Position numbers and translations under genes: made by a program
Notes under the pieces: model-generated
What the model saw: only the letters and a program-made list of their open reading frames with translations
What the model was told of the DNA's origin: nothing
The model's database searches: none
Shown: positions 49,301 through 60,866 of the stretch, one piece after another
Layout of the letters: the number at the start of each line of letters is the position of its first letter
How positions within the stretch are numbered: position 1 is the stretch's first letter
Source of the DNA: Malacoraja senta
Taxonomy: Eukaryota
Direction: 5' to 3'
NCBI GenBank assembly: GCA_038087875.1
Contig: JAXLNO010000529.1
Location: forward strand, 372,001-436,000
Length of the DNA stretch: 64,000 bases

Positions 49301-50966
49301 TGTTCTCGGTGTCGGTCTAATCTCCAGCAAGCAACTGCGCTCCCTGGCCGCGCACACTGCCAAGGATGATACGCTTCAAGCCCTCTCGTCCATCATCAAG
49401 ACAGGCTGGCCAGACAAACAATCCAACACGCCCACTGAGGTGCAGCCGTACTTCTTGGTCCGCGATGAACTGGTGGTTCAGGATGGTGTGGTCGTCAAGG
49501 GCCACAAGGTAGTTGTACCTGCATCGCTACAAGACGAGTACTTCAAAGAGGTACACAGCGGTCACCCAGGAGCCGACTCCACACTGGCACGCACCCGGGA
49601 TCTGTTCTACTGGCCCGGAATGGCCACGTACATCCGGGACCGCGTAGCCTCCTGCCCCACTTGCAACAATCTTGCACCTCATCAGCAGCGGCAGCCCCTT
49701 CTGCAACAACCCTGTCATGGTTGTCGATGGCTGCGGACATTTTCGAATGGTGCGGTAAGCACTACCTCGTTCTGGTCGACTCGTACTCCAACTGGTTTGA
49801 ACTTGACCAACTTACCTCTCTCACGTCGGTGATGGTCATCAGGAAGCTGAAAAGACATTTCTCAGACCATGGCATTCCTGTTATTCTGAGAACCGACAAT
49901 GGTCCACAGTTCACCAGCCACTTGTTCAAGCTTTTCGCTGACCGATGGAACTTCCAGCACGTCACAAGCAGCCCCGAGTATCCACAGAGTAATGGACTCG
50001 CTGAACGCGCTGTCAGAAGCGCCAAGCACTTGCTGGAGGGAGCGCGCATTTCAAACTCTGACGTCTATCTCGATCTGCTGAACCTCAGAAACATCGCAAG
50101 AGACGGCATCTTGGGGTCACCAGCACAGCGGCTGCTGTCGAGGGTGACGAGGTCTCCGGTCTCCATCGCAAACAGCAGCTGGTCTCTCGGGTGTTGAAGC
50201 CCGCCAATATCCAGCAACGTCTCCAAGAGAAGCACGATACCCAGAAACGGTCATACGACAGTTCCAGCAGACTACTCCAGCCTCTACTGTAGGGCCAGGT
50301 CGTCCGTCTACGAACTCCAACTGGTCATTCTCGTCTGGGCGTTGTTGTGCGCCCGACTGATGAGCCGCGATCGTACCTTGTGGGCTGCGAGGGAGCGGTT
50401 TACCGGAGAAGTCGTCAACACCTGCTTGCTGTGAGGGAGCCCCGACCACCGCCTGCCGATCCATATGCTCCGCCGCTCCAGTTCCAGCCACCTTCCGCGA
50501 TCTCTCCCGCCCGTCCCCGCATGCCTGCCACTCCCCCACGTCTATCGGTCTCCAATAACCACGGGGTTTCACCCACCGCATGTTTCCCCCCTCGGTCACC
50601 ACAATCCTCTCCCGTGCGGTTTTCACCATCAACCTCCCCGCCTCATCCTTCAGTTGAGGGAGGGGATGGTTGGGTCCGCACGCGTTCAGGCCGTGTTAGT
50701 AGACCACCAGACAGGTATGGCGAGTATGTTTAATATGCTTTTAATCTTTAGGGGAAAGAATGTAGATTGAGGATGCATGTGAATCAATCACACTTAGTTG
50801 GCATCACTAACTCCGCCCCATTATAACAATTATACTAACGCCCATTCCCAGCACCGTTAGTTGAAGCAGCCAGGATGAACTGACAACACCTAAACCTGTA
50901 ATGCTGCTAAGTTAATGTGCTGAATAAAGATGTGTGTAAATCTTATATGCTTTGAAGTGATTTACA
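46308..50966 (+). mobile_element. Full-length Ty3/Gypsy LTR retrotransposon (possibly Mag-like); young but disabled
   Basis: 206-bp LTRs at 46308-46513 and 50761-50966 (2 differences seen); PBS tggcgtcagatgtgg; PPT aggggaaagaa; gag CNYCKKLNHFASAC; protease motif altered to HTGA followed by a stop; RT IVDD; RNase H CDAS; integrase HHCC, TDNG and SNGLAE; frameshifts. Confidence 0.96.
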
Positions 50967-51405
50967 CGACCCACTTGAAGTGCCAACCTGTCCGGGTCAG
51001 TACCCGCGCAGGCATCTTCTGGGCTGCTTCTGTCCGCAGCCTGAACCTGCACCACCTCCTGCAGACAGACTGACAGAGACATTCACCTCCCAGACCGTTC
51101 TCAGGAGTCTCCGGGAGGTTTCATTCCATCCCGGGAGATTCCCGGACAGTCCGGGTTTGGGGGCGAACCTAATGTTGAAATGTAGAGTGGAATATCCAAA
51201 CTTCACTGCAATTTACTGCCGTACAGAACATTGTATTTTATAAAGATCTGGTGAGTTTAGTGCGGCATTCATGAAAGATGTTACATTTGAAACTTGATCA
51301 GCTGAACAAAACACCACGAATGTTTATAAGAATACGGTTGAGAATCTCTGGATGGCACGGTAACTGTAATACCGAAAGGAGTTATCCTCTGTCTCTCTGA
51401 TACAG

Positions 51406-51747
51406 ATTTATACAGGAAGAGATACACAATTTACCGCTCCAGCACAGATCACAGTGAACTTCACCTGGTTTGTTCTGGGAGTTATGGTCGTAGCTATTCC
51501 AGTGCTGACTGGACCTGGACATCTCATCGCCTTCAACAGCCGAAAGTAATAGCATCTGCAGAACATTCTCAGCCCATCAATGTCAAAGGGACCGACTTCA
51601 GGAATCGACTGGTGACCTCAGGGAAACCGTTCGATGGCAAGGATTTCAGTGTGAGGATTGTCCCCGTTTTGTTTCAAGATGCCGGAGTTTACACATGTTT
51701 TCTGGAATTGAATCGATTTCCCACCATTGATCTAATCACAGTGAAAG
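51406..51747 (+). CDS. Ig-superfamily gene exon A: V-set domain
   Basis: tacag| acceptor, |gtagga donor, phase 1-1, open: DLYRKRYTIYRSSTDHSELHLVC...WTW...FSVRIVPVLFQDAGVYTC. Confidence 0.9.
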
Positions 51748-51825
51748 GTAGGAGTCAGAATGTTGCCACTGAGTTTACTGATGAACTTATTGTTTAAAAT
51801 GTAAACAACCTGCTTGTTTCCACAG

Positions 51826-52086
51826 TCACAGCTGAACCGTCTGATGCAGTGACTGAGGGAGACACCGTTACCCTGACTTGCTCTGTGTCTCACGTCACTG
51901 AGTCAATGAGACTGGTTTGGATAAATGACGATGGCAAAAGTGTTGGAGAAAAGACACTGACTGTGGAGGAGAAATCACAGAGTCTGGTTATTCAGAAAGC
52001 TGAGAGAGACAGAGGGAACTGGAGATGTGGTTTGTTTCATCAAGACCTGCCCCGGCTTTTTGTCCCGTACTATCTGGAACCCCGTG
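51826..52086 (+). CDS. Ig-superfamily gene exon B: C2-type domain with WxC
   Basis: cacag| acceptor, |gtacgt donor; EGDTVTLTCSV...LVW...GNWRCGLF. Confidence 0.9.
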
Positions 52087-53098
52087 GTACGTGATAAGGG
52101 TTTGTTCTTCATACTTAGAGTCATGATCGAGTTTTGATCTCGCTTATTGAACCTGAAATTTGAGTGGAATATTTTCTTTCAGTTTGAGTGGTCTAACTAT
52201 GTTATGAATACCGAATTCTCAAATTTCAAATAACACTTCCCGAACCCCACTTCTCGCCCCCTTCATTGTGCACGCATTTATCCCACCACCCAGTTATCCT
52301 ATTCTTTTCCCTTCCTCCTTCAACTCATCTCCCACCCCTTCCAATTGCAGTTTTCCTTTTATGTTCTTGCTCCACTTCCACCCATATCCCTCCCTCTGTT
52401 ACTGATCTGACTGTAGATCAGTCAGTATTAGTTGACCTGATCTATGTCATGTTTTACTGCATGCCGCTGTGTACTCAAACAGTCATCATATTATCTAGTC
52501 TGTTAGTTCAGCCTCTAGTTAGATTCGTTGCTGAGCTTGAGCTTACAACACCTAAGTATTTGAGCTCTGTATGTTTACTATAACAAACAACTTCTTCTTA
52601 TGTATGGATCCTGTTATTACACATGTTTATACTGACAACTTTTGTCTCCATTTCACCCCTCCATTTTGTCATTATCTCCATCCATCTACTCATCACCATT
52701 CCCCACCTGTATCCACCTGTCACTCACCATGCTTTGTCTCATGCCTACTTCCCTTCCCCAGTTGTCACTCTCCCATTCCATCAGCCTGAGAATGCATCCT
52801 GACATGAAATGTCATCAATCCATTCCCTCCACAGATGCTGCCTGAGTTCATCTCCATTGAGTTTCTCCAACACTTTGCGTTTGATCAACATTACACAATC
52901 TGCAGTTTCTTGTGTCTTCATGGAGACCCACTGGTCAGCGTGGACAGATTGTTGCAGAGGTCATGTTTCCATGCTGTTCCATGATGATGAATTATAACGT
53001 ACAACTTAGTAAAGATTAATTCTCTGCAATATTGCTAATGACAAAGTCAGTGAAAAATTATTGTCCAACATTTACACATTTGTTCTCTTTTCCTACAG

Positions 53099-53443
53099 GA
53101 AGAGGGCATTCTATTTGCCTTTTCCATCTGGAAGGCAACTTTGTATTGAAAGGACCAGACAGTCCTGGAAATTGCCCCATTGACTTGGAATGGAGGCCAC
53201 ACTCAGGGCAACAAACCACAAAGCGATTGGCCACTTTCCACAGAGAAGATCAGCAGTGGGCCGTACAATGGAGTGATGAGTACAATCAAATACCAGGCAT
53301 CTCCCAGAGGATGCATGCGGACTGGGGTACCCTTAATCTGAGGATCAGAATGCCCACATTCAAACTTGCAGGACTGTTCACCTGGAATCAGACACAGCCC
53401 GCTGTGAATATCCTGAGACAGTGGGAACTATTTGGGATCAAAG
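53099..53443 (+). CDS. Ig-superfamily gene exon C: V-like domain lacking the canonical cysteines
   Basis: ctacag| acceptor, |gtaata donor, 345 bp open; FVLKG...LEWR...LNLRIRMPTFKLAGLFTW. Confidence 0.78.
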
Positions 53444-54294
53444 GTAATAGAGTCATAGTCACACAGCACTGAAACAGGCCCTTTGGCCCAATTCATCCAT
53501 ACTGTCCAACTACCCATCTAAACATCCCATTTGCCCTCATTTGGCCCATATCCCTTCAACCTTTTTTTCCATATACCTGTTTAAATGCCCTTTAAATACT
53601 GTACCTGCATCAAACACTTCCTCTGCTCGATCTTTCCATAAAGTATGTTCATGTACCACATTTTTTGTCAAAAAACTGCCCTTAATATTAAGGGGTATAT
53701 CAAATCTGCCCCTCTCACCTTAAACATGTACAACTAGTTTTGATTCCCCAACCCTGGAAAATAGACCATGTGCGTTTACTATAGATATGCCTCATGATAT
53801 TATTCACTCCCATATAATCTCAGTTAAAGACATCCAAGAAATATAATCAGTCTGAAGAAGGGTCTCAACCAGAAACGTCACCTATCTATGTTCTCTAGAG
53901 TTCAAAGGTCTTTTATTGTCACGTGTACCAATTAAGGGGCAGTGATATTCATATTACCAGACCTGCTGAATTACTCCTGCATTTTATGTCCTTTTATATA
54001 TTAACCAGCATATGCAGTTCTGTGTTTCTATTATACTAAAAACATTCCTACCTGGAAGCGTTGATGTGGGAGACGAGGGGGCGAGGGGGACAGGTGGTCA
54101 CTACCTGGAAGTGTTGATGTGGGAGACGAGGGGGCGAGGGGGACAGGTGGTCACTACCAGGAAGTGTTGATGCCATCACTGAGCACGGCAGCTCAACATT
54201 CAGCCGACTGTCTGTCTGCAGGAAAAAGACAATTCTGCCCACAGTAGTTCAGAAAGCTGTTGGTGAACTGAACCACATGTGTCTGTTTCCACAG

Positions 54295-54567
54295 TTGAGG
54301 CCGGCTCACCGAGGCCAGTGATGGGCTGTGACATCACCCTCAGCTGTACCATCCCCAGACTCCCAGATACCATCAGTCTTCACTGAAAACCAAGAGGCTC
54401 ATCTCAGCAGAACAGGAGGAACAACACTGATCAGATCCGTCTGAATAACGGCATCTATCTGATGGTCCAACACGTTGGAGCAGGAAATCCCAATCTGTAC
54501 ACATGGGAAGTGCAGGAAAATACCTCCATTGTTCTCACTGGAGACACCAATGTTGAAGTGGATCAGG
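54295..54567 (+). CDS. Ig-superfamily gene exon D: C2-like domain with in-frame TGA (54384-54386) at the expected C-strand Trp
   Basis: ccacag| acceptor, |gtaagt donor; GCDITLSCTIPRLPDTISLH*K...NLYTWEVQE. Confidence 0.78.
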
Positions 54568-54889
54568 GTAAGTCCAAAGCTGCCTTGCAGCAGGTATTAA
54601 ATCGTTCTTGATATCAAACTGTTCCACATGTTGTATAGTGAGCACTGACTACACCCGTGGGCTTCCACACTGCAGGATGTGGACATCGCCTTTACCCTGG
54701 GACATGGTGTAAATATAAAATGGTGGCACTAAGATTGATGGAGCCACACAGGAGAACCAAGGGATTCATTTCAGTTCACCTGCATGAATCAAAGGGGATA
54801 ATAACCAGTGATGGAAATAACATCTAGTTTTCAGTGTATAACAGAACAGGAAAATATGAACTAATTCAAGTATAAATGCAGAGGGAATA

Positions 54890-55625
54890 TCTGAATCAGA
54901 ATCAGAATCACATTTTATTGGCCACGTAATCATACACAAGGAACTTGACAGTGCTTTGTTCGCATATGGTAAAAACACGATATAAAAATAAAACACTATA
55001 ATTTAAACAAGTGAAAATAAAGCACTGGAGTAAAAAGAGGCTACCGACTTTTAGCTATTGAGTAGAGCTACGGCTCGTGGGAAGAAGTTGTTTTTATGTC
55101 TGGCTGTGGCAGCTTTGACGGTCAGGACTCACCTGCCAGAGGGAAGTGATTCAAAGAGTTTGTGACCAGGGTGAGAGGGGTCAGAGATGATCTTGCCCGC
55201 TCGCTTCCTGGCCCTTGCAGTGTACAGTTCATCAATGGAGGGAAGGTTGCAGCCAATAACCTTCTCAGCTGATCGGACGATTCGCTGGAGCCCCCAGATG
55301 TCGTGCTTGGTGGCTGAGGCAAACCAGACCATGATGGAGAAGATGAGGACAGACTCTATGATGGCCGTGTAGAATTGTACCATCATTGCCTGTGGCAGGT
55401 TGTGTTTCCTCAGCTGCCGCAGGAAGTACATCCTCTGTTGGGACTTTTTGACTGTGCAGTCGATGGTGGCCTCCCATTTAATATCGCTGGAGATGATGAT
55501 TCCGAAGAAATTAAATGACTCCACAGTTGTGACTGTGGTGTTGTTGAAGACGAGTGGGGGGGGGGGAGGGGGAGCTCTACAATCAGGAGGGGAGGATTGA
55601 GTCTACAATCAATTCCACTGTCTTA
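54890..55625 (-). mobile_element. Rex1/Babar LINE 3' fragment (intronic)
   Basis: KKSQQRMYFLRQLRK...HPGHKLFESLPSGR; (gattct)n tail. Confidence 0.85.
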
Positions 55626-55679
55626 AGAGCACTGAGCTTCAGGTTGTTGCAATGTGAACAGGACACCAGCTTTATGATT

Positions 55680-56090
55680 AGGGTGACTTGGACATCGTGC
55701 TGAAGTAAGCATGCAGGTACAGCAGGCAATGGAGAAAGCAAATGGCATGTTGGCCTTCATAGCGAGATGATTTGAGTATAGGAGCAACGAGATCCTACTG
55801 CAGTTGTACGGGGCCCTGGTGAGACCACACCTGGAGTATTGTGTGCAGTTTTGGTCTCCTAGTTTGAGAAAGGACATTCTTGCTATCGAGGGAGTGCAGC
55901 ATAGGTTCACCAGGTTAATTCCTGGAATGGCGGACTGACATATGATGAAAGAATGGATCGACTGGGTTTATATTCACTGGAATTTAGGATGAGAGGGGAT
56001 CTTATAGAAACGTATAAAATTATTAAGGGATTGGGCAGGCTAGATGCAGGAAAAATGTTCCCCATGTTGGGCGAGTTCAGAACCAGGGTC
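55680..56090 (+). mobile_element. CR1 ORF2 3' fragment (intronic)
   Basis: Matches the other CR1 copies (RGDLIETYKIIKGL). Confidence 0.88.
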
Positions 56091-56196
56091 CCAGCTGACA
56101 TCCCAGAGCCGGGGGTTTGTCCCTGTGGAAACTCACAACATTGTATCTCAGCGTGTGTGGAAATCTAATTCTTGGTTCCCTGCCCCTCTCTTGCAG

Positions 56197-56535
56197 ATTT
56201 ACATAACAAGACGTACACAGTTTATCGCTCAGTCACAGATCACAGTGAACTCGACCTGATTTGTGAAGCTTCTCCTGAGCTCAGTGAAACGAAATGGACT
56301 TGGAGATCACCACGTTTCCAGAATCAAGAGAAGGAAATAGCTTCTTCTCACAGGTCTGAGCCGATTTATGTCGACAGGAGCTACTTTGGGAATCGACTGG
56401 AAACCACAGAGGAAAATGTGAATGGCAAGAATTTCCGTGTGAGGATTGTCCGCATGCAGTTTGCAGATGCCGGAGTTTACACATGTTCCACAGGATCAAA
56501 TATATATGTGACCATTGACCTATTCACAGTTACAG
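56197..56535 (+). CDS. Ig-superfamily gene exon E: V-set domain, paralogue of exon A
   Basis: ttgcag| acceptor, |gtagga donor; DLHNKTYTVYRSVTDHSELDLIC...WTW...FADAGVYTC. Confidence 0.9.
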
Positions 56536-57344
56536 GTAGGAGACTGGATGTTACTGCTTTCAAGAATTAAGTTACCGGTGTAGAGTTTCTAATCTGAGTA
56601 CAAACTGCAATGTCAGCAGAAATTCCCAAGTTTGAAGAATTATTTTACCTCCACATCTTCCTCTTCAACTTATTTGTATTTTGCTGAACCCAAAATCTGA
56701 CCTAAACCAACATTATTGGGAAGCACATCAAATGTTATTTTCATTTATTTTGCTGAAAACACATTGTTTTATACATAAGAGAGGGAATATGATGAAATGT
56801 GATTCACATATGTGCAAATGAGCTTCCATCGAAAATATTTTAAAATATCAATCAACTTCTCTTAATACATTACCCAAATTTCTTTGACCCCAAACGACCC
56901 ATCCTAATTTTTGAAGGCTCACTGGAGGCTTACAACTGAGTGTATTTTGTGGAATTTATCGATTAATATTTACCTGGATGAGTGTTGTGGCCAAAACTGT
57001 GGCCAGAGACAATGATGTGGGCATTGGTTGCTCTTTTTATAATTAGTTCAAAACTGTTGTGAATGATTATGGAAAAGACACTTGGAGAGGTACATGGATG
57101 GGAAAGGTGCAGAGTGATATGGGCCAAATGTGGGAACACATTTTAGATGGAGCATCTTGGGCGGCATGGATGAGTTGGGCTGAATGGACCGAATTGTTTC
57201 ATGCTGTATGACTATGCCTCTAACTCTTGTTGTGTAATATAATTTTTCACACTTCGATCGCCATGTATTGGTGTCAAAGTACTGAGAAAAACACAATACA
57301 ATCGAGACAAAATTCATTGTTTTACGATTTTCTTCTTTCCACAG

Positions 57345-57605
57345 TCACAACTGACGCAGTGACTGAGGGAAGAAACGTTACCCTGACCTGCTCTGTGTCT
57401 CGTGTCACTGAGTCAATGAGACTGGTTTGGATCAATGATGAAGGCAAAGTTGTTGAGGAGAAAAATCTCATGCAAACAAAGCAGGAGGACAATTCTTTGC
57501 AGCTGATTATTGCAATAGCTGATAGAGTAAGAAGGAAATGGACATGTGGTTTGTTTCATCAAAGTACAGCCAAGGTTTTCATTCCATATAATCTGCAGGT
57601 GAACA
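57345..57605 (+). CDS. Ig-superfamily gene exon F: C2-type domain with WxC, paralogue of exon B
   Basis: ccacag| acceptor, |gtaagt donor; EGRNVTLTCSV...LVW...KWTCGLF. Confidence 0.9.
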
Positions 57606-58220
57606 GTAAGTTTCTTAGCTTCTGCTCTTCGTTATCTCGACACCGAGTTCTTGTCACGTTGCTATTATTTTTGGATAACTTTTAACATTCCATGTCTTAC
57701 TGCAAGTAGAGCTCAATCATAGATATTTCCTTCAAACCTCTTGTCCATGCCTATAAGGTCACATCTATTGTAAGTAGTCCAGGTCTCTGAAACACATGGG
57801 AGCACATGCATCACTACTGCTGGCAGACCACAGACCAAGACCTGTGTTGGCCATCTCATTGAAGCTGATCGGGAATTTCATCATCAATGTCTGTCCTTAT
57901 TGATAAGTGTCTCCAGAGGTATGAAAACTGGTCCAGTAGTACGAAAACCAGTGTGTCACTGTGAACCTTTTTGTAAGAGGTCAGTATAGTAAGGTGGGCA
58001 GCTTGGTGGAAGATCTTTGCCATAATACCCAAACTGTGCCACTTAAAGATCACAAAAGTAGTGAAAATCATCTTAGAAATAGCTGTACAAGTTTATTTCC
58101 CCTGTTCTAATGCTGTAAAACATTACAGTGGTTGAAGCATCCACAGTAAGTTCACCAAAGGCTGCCATGCGAGAACAGAAGATGTGGGGGAGGGAATACT
58201 GATGTCTTCAGCTTGTCTGA

Positions 58221-58535
58221 CCATGGTGGCGCAGTGGTAGGGTTGCTGCCTTACAGCGCCAGGGACCCGGGTTCAATCCTGACTACAGGTGCTGTCTGTA
58301 TGGAGTTTGTACCTTCATCCCGTGCCCTGCGTGGGTTTTCTCCAGGATTTCCGGTTTTCTCCCAAATTCCAAAGATGTACAAGTCTGTAGGTTAATAGGC
58401 TTGGTTTAATTGTATGTTGTCCCTGGTGTGTGTAGGATAGTGTTAGTCTGTGGGAATCGCTGGTTGGTGCGGACTCGGCGAGCCGAAGGGCCTGTTTCCG
58501 TGCTGTATCTCTAAACTAAACTAAACTAAACTAAA
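58221..58535 (+). mobile_element. tRNA-headed SINE (V-SINE/HE1-like)
   Basis: A box tggcgcagtgg, B box ggttcaatcc, CR1-like 3' end, (ctaaa)n tail. Confidence 0.88.
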
Positions 58536-59292
58536 CACGCCCTATCCTCCCAATCCCACCCACCCCTGCCCTTCATGTGGCCCCAAGCCTCGGTGAAAGA
58601 CAGGTTGTACAATGCTGACAGAAGGCAAAGCACTGATCCCTAACAGAGGAAGATCCTGTAAACATCCAGGCACAAAGAAACAATCTCCACCACACTTAGA
58701 TCAATGAAGAGTCAGTGAAGCACAAAGTGGAAAGTATCAATGTCCCAACAGGAACACTTTAATTCCTCACAGATAATGACATCATCCAATCATAGAATTG
58801 TGGAATGGTTGTAGCACAGAAGGTGGCCATTTGACCCATGATATCCATGCTAACTCTCATCCAGTGCAACTCGCTAATTCTACCCCCTCTCCTTTTGCCA
58901 TTACATTGCAGCTTTTTCATCACTATATATTTGTCCAATTCTCTCTGGAAAGCCACGATAGAACCCAGCTCCCCAACTGACGCAGACAGTACACTTCAGA
59001 CTCCAAATACCAGCTGCCCAAAAAGATTTTCCTCAAGTAATTCTAAATTGTTTTCCCCTTTATTTTAAACCTATAACTTTTTGTGCTCAGCCTTTCCACT
59101 GAAGGGAGCATCCTTCCACAATCCATTCTGTTCAGACTGAATAAGTGATGCATAAATGAGCAATGATGCCATTGATGTGATGAAAGAGCATTATTGACTC
59201 TTGTCTTCAAACTCTCTCTTCAGTGTGCCATGGTAATAACTGGACAGAGAACACCATAAAAAGAATCTCAATTATACCAACCATGTTTACTG

Positions 59293-59606
59293 TTTAGTTT
59301 AGTTTAGAGATACAGCGCGGAAACAGGCCCTTCGGCCCACCGGGTCCACGCCAACCAGCGATCCCCGCATATTAACACTACCCTACACCCACTAGGGACA
59401 ATTTTTACATTTACCAAGCCAATTAACCTACAAACCTGTACGTCTTTGGAGTGTGGAAGGATACCGTGGATCTTGGAGAAAATCCATGCAGGTCCCGGGG
59501 AGAAAGTACAAACTCCGTACAGACAGCACCCGTAGTCGGGATCGAGCCCGGGTCTCCGGCGCGGCATTCACTAAGGCAGCAACTCTACCGCTGCGCCACC
59601 GTGCCG
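59293..59606 (-). mobile_element. tRNA-headed SINE, same family
   Basis: Reverse-complement similarity to 58221-58535; (tttag)n tail. Confidence 0.88.
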
Positions 59607-60435
59607 CATTCATTGTGTCATCTCTTTGTGACATGTTTACAGTTTGACTTGCCGATTCAACTGCTTCAATGCACCATCTGATGTGATTATTTGACTGAAC
59701 ACAGCAACCTGCTCCCTGATGGTCACTGTGTGCTATAGGTTTGTGTTATTAATCCTTACTCCTGGCGAGCAACAGGCTACCCCTGGGACAGGACAACAGG
59801 GCTCTGACTACAGTCGGCTGAGAGTCCACTGAGGAATGAAGACTTTGGTTGTCCTCTGCCTGTGCCTCAGTGCCAGTAAAACCCTGCTCCGTCAGCCGCT
59901 ACACCAAGGGAGAGGCCACCCCCCACCCACACCCACTCCCACTGTGGTGCCCCCACCTCCCAGATTGGAAATCTGTGCTCCCGGCTGAGCAGAAGCCTCC
60001 CCATGTACGCTCATCTAGCACAGTCTCACTATGGAGCAGAACTGAAGTTGAACTTTATTTTACAAGGGTCGCGCACACCAGCCTCTCCATCCTTTGGCCT
60101 CATTGCAGACTGATGCTTTTGGGTGTTCAGCTGTCCTTAAAGGGCAGGAGGTATCAATCAGTGAGTGAATAGATTAGTTGGTTTGTGGAATTAATGCATG
60201 GAACAACCATCTCCAATTTTACACTAAAAACACATGAAGTTGTGTTCATTAGGATTGCAATAATAATGTGTTCAACCTCATTGACATCAGTAGGCAATGG
60301 TTACATGCACAGTACAGTTTTAGTACTTGAAGACCAAAAATAATTTTAGGAGTTGAAAATCGGAATGAAAAATAATAATAATAATCAGCAGGACAGATAA
60401 GAAATGTGAAAGAGGAACAACTGTGAAAGAGGAAC

Positions 60436-60865
60436 AAAACCAAGGAACTGATTGTGGACTTTGGAAGGGGTAGAATGGGGACCCACAGTCCCGTTTATAT
60501 CAACGGGTTGATGATGGAAAGTGTCAAGAGCTTCAAATTCCTGGGCGTGCACATCTCTGAAGATCTCTCCTGGTCCGAGAACACTGATGGTCTTATAAAG
60601 AAAAGCACATCAGCGCCTCTACTTCCTGAGAAGATTACGGAGAGTCGGTTTGTCAAGGAGGACTCTCTCGAACTTTTACAGGTGCACAGTAGAGAGCATG
60701 CTGACCGTTTGCATCCTGGCTTGGTTCGGCAACTTGAGCGCCCAGGAGCGAAAAAGATTACAAAAAGTTGTGACCACTGCCCAGTCCATCATCGGCTCTG
60801 ACCTGCCCACCATCGAGGGGATCTATCGCAGTCGCTGCCTCAAAAAGGCTGACAGCTTCATCAAT
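60436..60865 (+). mobile_element. Rex1/Babar fragment, same family as 18776-19680
   Basis: KTKELIVDF...FKFLGVHISEDL...FYRCTVESML. Confidence 0.88.
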
Positions 60866-60866
60866 G

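Noticed and set aside
54047..54172. Duplicated unit of about 55 bp in an Ig-gene intron as a regulatory element
   Set aside because: Simple local tandem duplication with no supporting motif
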